Shown here: positions 9,456-17,975 of the stretch, one piece after another
How positions within the stretch are numbered: position 1 is the stretch's first letter
How the letters are laid out: every line of letters starts with the position of its first letter
Assembly (NCBI GenBank): GCA_027038175.1
Contig: JALVYB010000079.1
Coordinates: 1,215-65,214, forward strand
Length of the DNA: 64,000 nt
Source: a candidate division WOR-3 bacterium
GTDB taxonomy: Bacteria > Hydrothermota > Hydrothermia > UBA1063 > CAJXJZ01
Reading direction: 5' to 3'
Translations under genes and position numbers: made by a program
Notes under the pieces: generated by a model
Told to the model about the DNA's origin: nothing
Seen by the model: the letters and a program-made list of their open reading frames with translations, nothing else
The model's database searches: none

Positions 9456-9722
9456 TTGAAGAGATGCAGAGAAAATACCCGCAGGTTGCTCCTAAAGAGT
9501 TTGTCGAATTTGTTGAAGAGATGGAGGTTGGGCAGGATGAGTGAGCAAGTGCGTATTGGAGAACTAATCAAGGAGATGCGAGACAACGCATACGGCATAA
9601 AAAAGAGTTTTGAGGAGCTTGTTGAGATTGCAGGAGAGGAAAATGCGAAAAAGGAGCTTGAAGGAATAATAGATTATTTACAGGAATTGATAGCAGAGGG
9701 TAAAAGAGAATTGGGGGTGTGA
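9456..9722 (+). CDS. hypothetical protein
   Basis: 88-aa ORF. An internal start near 9538 (MSEQVRIG, preceded by GGTTGGGCAGG) is possible. Confidence 0.3.
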   Translation: MKRCRENTRRLLLKSLSNLLKRWRLGRMSEQVRIGELIKEMRDNAYGIKKSFEELVEIAGEENAKKELEGIIDYLQELIAEGKRELGV

Positions 9723-9815
9723 GAAAGATGTCTTGGTGGGTTAATTTGATAAGTGCTGTTGGTTTCTTTGTAATCTTGTTTTTGTTTTGTAGAGGATGGT
9801 GTGGATATTTGAAAG

Positions 9816-10223
9816 ATGTGGGAGGTGAATTTAGTGGTGAGAGAGAAGATTAAGTATAGAGGTAGAGGATTGAAGACTGATAGGTGGTTCTACGGGTACT
9901 TTGTAAAAAGCTACAAAAAGAACAAAAACGGAGATTGCTTCATAGTCGATAGTGATGGACGTTACCACAATGTGAGATGTGATACTATCGGGGAGTTTAT
10001 TGGCAGAAAAGATGCTAACGGAAAAGAGATATATGAAGGAGACGAGGTTCGGGTAGAAGACGTTAAAAAAGAGGGCATAGTCAGGTACAATGAAGTTTAT
10101 TGCGAGTGGTATGTTGAGTTTGAAGATGGGCTTACTTTGGATTTCGGTATGGTTGCCCTAATGAATTACAAGGTAAAAGTATTAGGAAATATCTATGAAG
10201 AGACGGGAGGGATTGAAAAATGA
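9816..10223 (+). CDS. YopX-like phage/plasmid protein
   Basis: KYRGRGLKTDRWFYGYF...IGEFIGRKDANGKEIYEGDEV...YKVKVLGNIYEE matches the YopX-domain signature (conserved IGNIYE C-terminal block). Confidence 0.5.
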   Translation: MWEVNLVVREKIKYRGRGLKTDRWFYGYFVKSYKKNKNGDCFIVDSDGRYHNVRCDTIGEFIGRKDANGKEIYEGDEVRVEDVKKEGIVRYNEVYCEWYVEFEDGLTLDFGMVALMNYKVKVLGNIYEETGGIEK

Positions 10224-11082
10224 TAATGATAATAGTTTTAGAGGATTTCCTAGAAAGTGCAAAGGTATTCGTGAGTGTTCCTCAGCCAGAAGATTTGAAT
10301 TTCCGAGGTGTAGATTTGAATGGGGAGGTATATTGATGTCAATATTATATGAGAGATACAAGGGAGTATTCTACAAAAAGATGATGGAAATAGAAAAGAA
10401 TGACAAGGTTTTCCTTGAAGTCAAATGTCCAACAAAAAGTAGAGGGATAGTGCCGATATACAAGATGAGTGCATCGGGTGGTGCTGTTTTTATAGGTTCT
10501 ATTCTGTATTCAAAGTTATCACCCATTCTCTTTAAGATGGATGAGGAAGCAATGGAAACATCATTTATGCTTGTAGATTTGCTAGAATACCTACATATTC
10601 TTATTGCCGACTACTCCGTTTACGCCGAGCTATTTATTGGTAGTGGATACCTCAACGAGATGCTATCCTACGTTGATTTATTGAAGAAATTGTATAAGTT
10701 AGGAGTGAGAGAGGTAATAGACGAACTTTTGGTTGGTGATAACCTTGTGTGTGATACCGAAGTAAAGAGTGTGAAGAACAAGGAGATGTGCAGGAAAATA
10801 ATAAAGGTTGAAGTAGAGAATCTTACTGACGATTTGAAGAAATATCTTTCAAGATTGAAAATGTATGTAAAAGGCATATCGGCTTTGATGAAAGATGACA
10901 GAATGGTAAATTTCTTAAAAAATTATTATACCTTAAAGTCACCGTGCAAAGATTTAGTTTTATTCATCAATAACTTGCTAAATCCCTTCATTGATGAAAT
11001 AGGAAAGAGGCCAGACATAAATAACCTTGAACACCACTTCAAAAGAAGCAGGGATAAGCCAGAGGATTACATTTATGGATGA
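10195..11082 (+). CDS. hypothetical protein
   Basis: 295-aa ORF. A start at about 10337 (MSILYERYKG after GGGGAGGTATATTG) is plausible. Confidence 0.4.
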   Translation: MKRREGLKNDNDNSFRGFPRKCKGIRECSSARRFEFPRCRFEWGGILMSILYERYKGVFYKKMMEIEKNDKVFLEVKCPTKSRGIVPIYKMSASGGAVFIGSILYSKLSPILFKMDEEAMETSFMLVDLLEYLHILIADYSVYAELFIGSGYLNEMLSYVDLLKKLYKLGVREVIDELLVGDNLVCDTEVKSVKNKEMCRKIIKVEVENLTDDLKKYLSRLKMYVKGISALMKDDRMVNFLKNYYTLKSPCKDLVLFINNLLNPFIDEIGKRPDINNLEHHFKRSRDKPEDYIYG

Positions 11083-11147
11083 GGAATTTTTATATAAAAT
11101 AATGCCATACATATTGATGAGGTGGTGTCAAAGGTTGTGTATTTGGG

Positions 11148-11591
11148 GTGCAGGAAATGGGATGGAAAAAGGTTGATTTGAGGTTTTTAAATGAGGGCGA
11201 TTGGGTTTACCTGAAGGAGATGAAAAATATCTTCATTCCTGCCAAAGTGGTAAAAGTAGGTAACAAGAGAGTGCTTCTAAAAAGCTATTCTTTTGGTAGT
11301 GAAAAATACAGGTGGCATCACGAGGTTTATACTAGCGATGATATTGTTGATTTAGAAAGAGAACTAAATGTGGTGAGTTCTATTCTTCGCATGAAAAAGC
11401 TCACTCCTTACAAATTAATGAAATTTATGAGGTTCAAAGGATTTGTAATGAATTCTGGAAACACGCATAGTAACTATCAAATATTTTCAAAAGACGGATT
11501 GAACGTTGCTGTTGAGTGGGTAAGAGACAAGTTTGGAGAGGAGAGAGCATTTCTGAAATCAATATATTACATAGATGGTGAGGTAAAATGA
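11148..11591 (+). CDS. hypothetical protein, paralog of 42597-43112
   Basis: WKKVDLRFLNEGDWVYL...IPAKVVKVGNKRVLL parallels WKRVGMDEVKVGDVVYF...VPAKVVKKGRKRIYL. Confidence 0.45.
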   Translation: MQEMGWKKVDLRFLNEGDWVYLKEMKNIFIPAKVVKVGNKRVLLKSYSFGSEKYRWHHEVYTSDDIVDLERELNVVSSILRMKKLTPYKLMKFMRFKGFVMNSGNTHSNYQIFSKDGLNVAVEWVRDKFGEERAFLKSIYYIDGEVK

Positions 11592-11677
11592 TGAAGTTAG
11601 CAGTTGCTATCGGTGTTATTGAGGTTCTGGTGTATGGTTTGTTGTTTTATTGGGAACTTTTTAAGAGATTTGAAGGT

Positions 11678-12017
11678 GATGAAGATGGATGGTATGAGGA
11701 AGATTGAGGTTCGTGGAGATAAGATTTCCGTGTATGGAGATACCTATCCAGTCAGGAATACATTAAAATCTTACAGGCTCAGATGGGACTCTTTTGCGAA
11801 AGAGTGGAATGGGAGCGTAGGCAAAATAGGAGTAAAAATGTTGTGGAAGTTAGGGTATGAAATTGGTGCAGAAATATTCGTATCTTCGTATTCTTTGATT
11901 GATGAGGTAAAAGGGATTTGCGAAAGGTTCGGTTCTTACGATGACGGGAGGAGAGGATGGATTTTCTCACCAGAAGAAACCATGAAAGTTTGGAAGAGTT
12001 TGAGAGGAGGAAATTAA
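11678..12017 (+). CDS. hypothetical protein (start refined to MKMDGMRKIEV)
   Basis: The ORF-track frame begins at 11604. An ATG at about 11678 preceded by GAAGGTGATG is the more likely start. Confidence 0.4.
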
Positions 12018-12018
12018 A

Positions 12019-12255
12019 GTGGATAAAGTTAAGCAGTTGCTTAAAAAAAAGGAGGAAATCGAGAGGGAAATTGAGAAAATAAAAAATGAGAGAGAAAGGT
12101 GGGGTGAAAAGTGGAGAAGTGGTGTTTCTGCGTCTTGGTATTTTTATGATAGAGATAGGAGGAGAATAAATACCCTTGAATTTGAGTTAAAAAAGATAAG
12201 AAGGGCTATTGAGATTGAAAAGAGAAAAAAGAAAGGTATGGATATGGAAAGATAA
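12019..12255 (+). CDS. small basic coiled-coil protein
   Basis: 78-aa K/E/R-rich ORF. Confidence 0.3.
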   Translation: MDKVKQLLKKKEEIEREIEKIKNERERWGEKWRSGVSASWYFYDRDRRRINTLEFELKKIRRAIEIEKRKKKGMDMER

Positions 12256-12268
12256 CGTGTGATGAGAG

Positions 12269-13009
12269 GTGATTTTGGTGTGGAGTGAGAAAATTAATGT
12301 GGGTGTGAAGGAGAACAGAAGGTTGAAGGATGCTTTGGATTTGATTTTCACGAACAAGGCAAAGGGAGAAACATTAGAGGATAGAAGGTTTGAGATACAC
12401 ATATCTGATTTGGTTAAAGAATGTCCAAGGGAGGCTTGGATTTCAAAGAAATATCCTGAAGATATTGAGCTTCAGAGGAAATCGGTACTAAAAATGTGGG
12501 GTGGCAAAAAGCTTCATGAAATAGAGTTAAGCAGGGAGCATGAAGTGGAACTGAGGTACAGGTTTGCGAAAGAGCCGTATGGGGTTATTGTTGGAACCGT
12601 TGATGAAATAATAAATGACATAGTTATAGACAAGAAATTTTATGCAAAGCTACCGAGAGTCCCTTACAAGCAACACGTGAAGCAGGTGAGTTACTATATG
12701 GCATTACTTTGGAGACATGGGAAGAAAGTACGGATGGGAGCCATATACTACATAAACAGGAGTAGCTTTGCCACAAGAGTATTTACATTCACCATGAGCC
12801 AAGAAGATTTAGAAAAAGCATTTGAAGAAATGGTAGAGAGAGCATCTTATCTGAGACAGGCTATAATTCACAACTGGGTTCCTCCTAAAACCAATAACGA
12901 AGTTGAGTGTAGCAGGTGTGCCTTCAAAGATATTTGCAAGAGTATAGACACAAAGAAAAACCTCGCCAATGCAAATAGGGAAAAAGATGAATATGAGATA
13001 GGCATATAA
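12269..13009 (+). CDS. Cas4-like / RecB-family PD-(D/E)xK nuclease with C-terminal Cys cluster
   Basis: GTVDEIINDIVIDKK is an E...D-x-K-like core. KQVSYYMALL is a QxxxY motif. C-terminal CSRCAFKDIC plus N-terminal VKECP gives four Cys, as in Cas4/DUF83 Fe-S nucleases. Confidence 0.5.
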   Translation: MILVWSEKINVGVKENRRLKDALDLIFTNKAKGETLEDRRFEIHISDLVKECPREAWISKKYPEDIELQRKSVLKMWGGKKLHEIELSREHEVELRYRFAKEPYGVIVGTVDEIINDIVIDKKFYAKLPRVPYKQHVKQVSYYMALLWRHGKKVRMGAIYYINRSSFATRVFTFTMSQEDLEKAFEEMVERASYLRQAIIHNWVPPKTNNEVECSRCAFKDICKSIDTKKNLANANREKDEYEIGI

Positions 13010-13026
13010 TACTTTGAGGGGTTAAA

Positions 13027-13383
13027 ATGCTGAAAATAGAGACAAAGAAGGTAAGAAGCAATACGCCTAGTAGGAAAACAACAATATACCTGCGTGATTA
13101 CATTTACGATGAGATAAAGCGAAGGAACATAAACTTATCTGGGACTTTGAGAAAGGTTCTTGAGAGAGAACTCTTTGTTCCCTTTCTAGTTGTAGAGCCT
13201 TCAATTATTGATGGGAAAAATATAAATGTTGGGAGTATTATTCTTATTCCTAAAAGCAAGGTAAATGTTGTGAAGAAGGACAGAAGAGGAAAATACATAC
13301 TATATAAGAGAGAGAAGGTAAGAGTCAAGGAAATACCTTGGGAAGTGGTTGATCGAAAAAAATATTTTTACGTGTTTGATTGA
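13027..13383 (+). CDS. ribbon-helix-helix (CopG-like) domain protein, paralog of 43109-43453
   Basis: N-terminal TTIYLRDYIYDEIKRR...LSGTLRKVLEREL is RHH-like. The C-terminal half aligns with 43109-43453 (PFLVVEP...GSIILIP...YFYVFD against PLFVVRV...GSVILLP...YVYVYE). Confidence 0.5.
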   Translation: MLKIETKKVRSNTPSRKTTIYLRDYIYDEIKRRNINLSGTLRKVLERELFVPFLVVEPSIIDGKNINVGSIILIPKSKVNVVKKDRRGKYILYKREKVRVKEIPWEVVDRKKYFYVFD

Positions 13384-13505
13384 TGGACGATGTATATATG
13401 TAGCAAGTGCTTTATTACGTAAATCTCTAAATATTGCAATACATCTTGCCAATAAGGAAAAAAGGAAAATCCACTCCTTTTTAGATAGCCAGACAAATTC
13501 TTCGC

Positions 13506-15653
13506 TCATATCTTTGCCTTGTGTCCTTTTTTTAGGTAGAAAACACCGAAACCGAAGAACCCTTTTTCCCTGAGTACTTTTGAAAGCCATCTAAGGTCTT
13601 TTATCATTCTCTTGAATCTTGTTATTATTGGCTTTGCTTCCCCATAGGTAAATAATCTAACCTTTTTCACACCTTCTCTGGCTATTATTAGAACCTCTCC
13701 AGCTTTCCAGAACCTTATGTCTCCTATTTCTATTGGCTTGTACTCCAATTTATTGTATTCGGAACCGATAACTTTTGAACCTCCTTTGGGATTTTCGGAA
13801 GATACTGAAACGGGTCTAATTGTCCATATATTCCTTGAGCCTACTTCTTCACTAACAAACTTCCTGCTTCGCTCATCTCCAAGAGAGAACGCAAATATGA
13901 ACCTATGCCCAGATACAACAGCGTCAGTTACCTCTTTCCCATAGGTGCTTTCTACCTGTGTTAAAGCCTGTATACCTATCACGCTGGTTACGTTCAAGCT
14001 TCTACCATAATTCACCAAGTTTTGGTAAAGTGTCAGTTGAGGTACGTTTTGGAACTCGTCAATTATGAAATACTTGCGTTGATTTTCGGTTCCTTTAGAT
14101 AAAGAGTATTCTATAAGCCTGTCTATAAGCATTCTGTAAATCGGTGCAAGAACATCTCCCTTACTGACATCGTACTCTATGAATAACCTTCTCCCGTTTG
14201 GATTCTTTATGTATTCTTTCATGCTTATTTGTTTGAACCTTCTCGATTCGGGGCCAAACGTTCCTTGGAATATTCTTCTGAACTGTGTGCCTAATACTGC
14301 CCAAACTGATGCAGCCATTTTTTCCGCTTGAGGATTTAAATACGCAGCCACCAATTTTAACTCTTTGTACTTGTTAAGCATTTCGTAAGTGGTCGCATAG
14401 TTGTTCTTCATCACCATATCATACAAATCTGCATTAGTTGGAAGATAATCTTCAAATAACGGCTTCTGGGGGGGAGTTGGCTTGTTTTTGAGCATTTCTT
14501 CTCTTTCTTTATCATCTACTGCTACTTTTAGATCCTCTTCCCATTCTTTTAACTCTTTTTCGTAATTGTCCATAGCAAGTTCCCATTCTTCGTAATCCTC
14601 TTTAAACATCTCTAAAGCATCCTTGTACATAACGTAAATTATTCCCTCTAAAACCTGCTGTGCTGCGTAGTTCCAAAACTTGTCTTGCGAACTCTTTGTC
14701 ATCTCTTTGAAAAGTTCGCCTGTAATCTGGGCTATGGAAATGTAAGGGTCTTCTGCAAGTTCTTCATCAGATATACCTTCCTCTTTTAACTTTTCAATAA
14801 CCTCATCCAAAGAAAGTGGCTCTTTTTCGTTGCTCCTCTCTTTTATCACTTCTTCCATAACATCTCGCATTTTCTCCTGCACTTTTAGAGGGTCTTTTGG
14901 TGCTATTTCCTTAAAAATATTCCAAGCGTACGTGCTTTCGTTAGGGCGTATTGAAAGAACGACATCCTCTTTTGTTCCAAATTCTTTCAGATAGTCTCCT
15001 TTTGGATCAAAAATCACCCACGCATAATTGTCTCTCGTCGGAAATTGAGCCACCAGCTGCTTTATGAATTCGGTTTTACCACTTCCAGCTGCACCCAGAA
15101 CCATTATTCCTGTATTTATCCTTCTCAGAACAATTGTTCCATCATCTCTTGTTGGAACAACCAAGTGATTTTCGTCATCTACCAAATCCCTGAACTTGTG
15201 ATGCTTAACCTTGTAGTAAGGCCTCAAAAATGCCAGAACAAAGAACATATATGGTATGGTTATGACTAAAAACATCGCTAAGTTCCACATAAAATCCCTC
15301 TGCACCAGCGGATAAAAATAAGGTAAGATGAACTCGCTCCAGAATCCCCAGAATGGTGCCTTTGCAGGTATGAATGGAAACACTAAAAACATAAAAAATA
15401 AAATATTCAAGGCTACTAACCAAACCTGCCAATATTTGTCCTTGTGCCATACCCTCTTGTAAGGGTTATCAAAGTTCGTTGGCTCTCTCTTGTACAAGTG
15501 ATTTAGAATTAGTGGCAAGGTAAAGATAATGGGGGCAAACAACAATAACCCGAAGGTGCCAAACCATGCCATCTTATTAAGCTCCCTGTTCTCCTCTATA
15601 TACTTGGCTCTCTCAACATTCACGTATTCAAGAGGTGTTTTCTCAATTTTCAC
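13506..15653 (-). CDS. TraG/VirD4-like type IV coupling protein (FtsK/HerA-superfamily ATPase) with N-terminal TM segments
   Basis: Hydrophobic N-terminus. Walker A VLGAAGSGKTEF. Walker B IIDEFQNV. Downstream GRSLNVTSVIGIQALTQVESTYG resembles the T4CP block R..G....QS..QL...YG. Confidence 0.55.
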   Translation of the reverse strand: MKIEKTPLEYVNVERAKYIEENRELNKMAWFGTFGLLLFAPIIFTLPLILNHLYKREPTNFDNPYKRVWHKDKYWQVWLVALNILFFMFLVFPFIPAKAPFWGFWSEFILPYFYPLVQRDFMWNLAMFLVITIPYMFFVLAFLRPYYKVKHHKFRDLVDDENHLVVPTRDDGTIVLRRINTGIMVLGAAGSGKTEFIKQLVAQFPTRDNYAWVIFDPKGDYLKEFGTKEDVVLSIRPNESTYAWNIFKEIAPKDPLKVQEKMRDVMEEVIKERSNEKEPLSLDEVIEKLKEEGISDEELAEDPYISIAQITGELFKEMTKSSQDKFWNYAAQQVLEGIIYVMYKDALEMFKEDYEEWELAMDNYEKELKEWEEDLKVAVDDKEREEMLKNKPTPPQKPLFEDYLPTNADLYDMVMKNNYATTYEMLNKYKELKLVAAYLNPQAEKMAASVWAVLGTQFRRIFQGTFGPESRRFKQISMKEYIKNPNGRRLFIEYDVSKGDVLAPIYRMLIDRLIEYSLSKGTENQRKYFIIDEFQNVPQLTLYQNLVNYGRSLNVTSVIGIQALTQVESTYGKEVTDAVVSGHRFIFAFSLGDERSRKFVSEEVGSRNIWTIRPVSVSSENPKGGSKVIGSEYNKLEYKPIEIGDIRFWKAGEVLIIAREGVKKVRLFTYGEAKPIITRFKRMIKDLRWLSKVLREKGFFGFGVFYLKKGHKAKI

Positions 15654-15664
15654 TTCTCATCACC

Positions 15665-16381
15665 TCAAAACAAGCTCAACTCTCCTATCAAATCTTCAAG
15701 AGTCAAATCCTTGGGTGCTTCTCTCTCAATCTCCTTTTCCTCTTCTTTTATCTCATTATCCAGCTCCTCAGACTTCTTCTTTATTATGGCTCTAATCTCA
15801 CGGCTTTTTGATTTTCCAAGTATCGCCTCGTAATGATTTACCTCCTCACCCAGCACGGAATAAGCAGATGCTCCAATTGGCTCTCCAAAAACCTCTCTTG
15901 CAACCTTGTTAAGACGATATATGTTCGCCTTGTTAAACATTATTTCAAACTTGTCATTGGCAACCATAACCACATGAGAGTGCGGGTGAGCAGTATTGTA
16001 ATGCAATCCATACGCAAATCTGGTCGTTACCAAATTTCTATCTTTTATATAACGCAACAGCGTTTCTCTCGTTTTTTCTGATAAAAAGCGTGGGTCATTG
16101 TAGTTTAACGGCGAAAAAATAATCATGCGGGTTATGTAGTTTCTCCTGTACGCCTCCTCCATATCGTAAAGGTTCTGGGCATCAAGCTTTCTCCCTGTTG
16201 CCCAAAATATAGTCTTGTATTCTGGCTTGTTGTTTTCAGTTTTTCTCTTGATGTACCACAACAACCTGAAAAGCATATTGTTCCCGTTTCTCTCTAACGT
16301 ATAAACTCTATTTTTTATAATCATCAACCCACCTCCTCTAACTTCCTTATGGCATCCACTATTGGCCCTATTTTCCTCCAT
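15665..16381 (-). CDS. HUH-type endonuclease (rolling-circle Rep / relaxase-like)
   Basis: NTAHPHSHVVMVAND contains a HuHuuu motif. Candidate Tyr segments lie downstream. Overlaps an upstream RHH-type gene in relaxosome-like order. Confidence 0.45.
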   Translation of the reverse strand: MEENRANSGCHKEVRGGGLMIIKNRVYTLERNGNNMLFRLLWYIKRKTENNKPEYKTIFWATGRKLDAQNLYDMEEAYRRNYITRMIIFSPLNYNDPRFLSEKTRETLLRYIKDRNLVTTRFAYGLHYNTAHPHSHVVMVANDKFEIMFNKANIYRLNKVAREVFGEPIGASAYSVLGEEVNHYEAILGKSKSREIRAIIKKKSEELDNEIKEEEKEIEREAPKDLTLEDLIGELSLF

Positions 16382-17154
16382 CTTTTATTGACTCTATCCC
16401 ATATAGAACCATCTGAGTACCTCACCCTCGTTTCCGTCACTTTGATGGGACTAACTCCCTTGACAAACGGCGGATCAGCCATCTCATCATAAAGCAAACT
16501 CTCTCCTTCTTCAACATTTTCATCTTCTTTGTTTTCCTTGCTTTGTGGATTGTTCTGTACCTCGTTCTGATTAGCAACTGCTTTATCGTGCGTGGCTCTT
16601 CTCCGTTCAGTACCTGTATTATTTCTGATAACTGCTTTTTGCGTTTCTTCCGTGTCGTATATGGTATAATTCTCCCTGCCATCTTGCGATTTTGCCTTGC
16701 TTTCATACTCTTCGTAGTAGCTGGAAATGTCCCCTATATCTTCCTCATCTTCATCATCTAAATAAGAAGGTTCTTCTTGTGGGAAAATATTTTCCATTAT
16801 GCTCCCATTTACAATATTTCTCTCAGAAAACGGATACGCCTCTCTTAACTCTTCGGCTGAGTTATACTCTAACAATGATATGCGTTCTTCAATATCCTCC
16901 AATAATTCTGACTTGAATTTCTCCAAAACTTCCCTCTCAAACCTGTCTAAAATATGTTGGAGTGAATTTTCAAGCCAAATCTCTATGTTGTACTTCTTTA
17001 TCTCTTTCGATTCCCTTTCCATTATCCATCCTCTTAACGCTTCAATGATTATGCTCTCTACTCCTCCCTTCCCAACCTCTTTTCTCACCTTCTCAACCAT
17101 CTCTTTGGGTATCTTTACCTTGAACTCCTCAAATTCATCATCCATGCCCTTCAC
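16324..17154 (-). CDS. acidic protein with N-terminal RHH-like domain (candidate relaxosome accessory / TraY-MobC analog)
   Basis: KIPKEMVEKVRKEVGKGGVESIIIEALRGW has an RHH pattern. A long D/E-rich linker follows. The ORF overlaps the start of the HUH gene. Confidence 0.4.
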   Translation of the reverse strand: MKGMDDEFEEFKVKIPKEMVEKVRKEVGKGGVESIIIEALRGWIMERESKEIKKYNIEIWLENSLQHILDRFEREVLEKFKSELLEDIEERISLLEYNSAEELREAYPFSERNIVNGSIMENIFPQEEPSYLDDEDEEDIGDISSYYEEYESKAKSQDGRENYTIYDTEETQKAVIRNNTGTERRRATHDKAVANQNEVQNNPQSKENKEDENVEEGESLLYDEMADPPFVKGVSPIKVTETRVRYSDGSIWDRVNKRWRKIGPIVDAIRKLEEVG

Positions 17155-17588
17155 CTCTCCTTTTCACCTTTCAAGTTATATCCAGCTTCTTTAATTAATC
17201 TCCAGATAATGTCCTCGTATGTTTCCCTCTTTTTTCCTATGTTAGCAAGTGCGTCTCTTAAAGCAACCGTGATTCTAATCGAAGTTACATCTCCTTTCAT
17301 ACTTCATAAATATGCACCATTATATTTAAACATATCTAATATGCGTAAATATGTTTGATATATTTGTTATGTATTATTATGCTCAAATATGCTTAGGTAT
17401 ATATACCTCATATACATATATATGTTTACATCAGTAAACAAGCTTATGTATAACTGCGAGGATTTTGTCTGGCTAATGGAAAGTTTCGACGAAACTTTCC
17501 ATTAAAAACCTTTATAAAAGCAATAAAAAATAAAAAGAAAAAAGGGTAATGCCTCAAAGGTGGGTCAAAGTAATTTCGTTCAGTAGAT
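17155..17588. promoter_or_regulatory. 434-bp AT-rich intergenic region containing the 29-bp palindrome AATGGAAAGTTTCG-A-CGAAACTTTCCATT (17478-17506); candidate oriT/promoter/terminator region
   Basis: 14-bp perfect arms. ATATG-rich repeats. The region lies between the pilin-like gene stop and the RHH/HUH operon start. Confidence 0.35.
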
Positions 17589-17975
17589 TTAACCACCATT
17601 AACTATCCAACCAAACCATAGGAACATTACTCCAGATACAACGGCTCCTATCACTATGTCTATTTCTATCGCTATCTTGAATATCTTTTTGCTCTTTGAT
17701 TCTGCTTGTGGCTCTTCTTCTACATGAGCCTTGAAAACATAGATAGCCCACACTATCCAAGGTAAAGCCATCAGTAATACTGAAGGAGCCACTATTACGA
17801 ACCAGTATATCCTGTTCAAAAACTCTTTCCAAGTCACATTACCTTGCTGGTCATTAGTAGCAGTTGCTGAAACGCTGTAATAACTCACTTTGGGTTGAGT
17901 AGCAGCAGAAACTTGCGTCGCTGCCACCATCCCGAACAACAATATCAATACCAATACCATCACAAACTTTTTCAT
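17589..17975 (-). CDS. pilin-like small membrane protein (signal peptide plus two TM helices; TrbC/VirB2-like architecture)
   Basis: MKKFVMVLVLILLFGMVAATQVSA signal peptide. Hydrophilic segment, then two hydrophobic helices (WFVIVAPSVLLMALPWIVWAIYVF and IVIGAVVSGVMFLWFGWIV). Stop/start is contiguous with the giant surface gene. Confidence 0.4.
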   Translation of the reverse strand: MKKFVMVLVLILLFGMVAATQVSAATQPKVSYYSVSATATNDQQGNVTWKEFLNRIYWFVIVAPSVLLMALPWIVWAIYVFKAHVEEEPQAESKSKKIFKIAIEIDIVIGAVVSGVMFLWFGWIVNGG

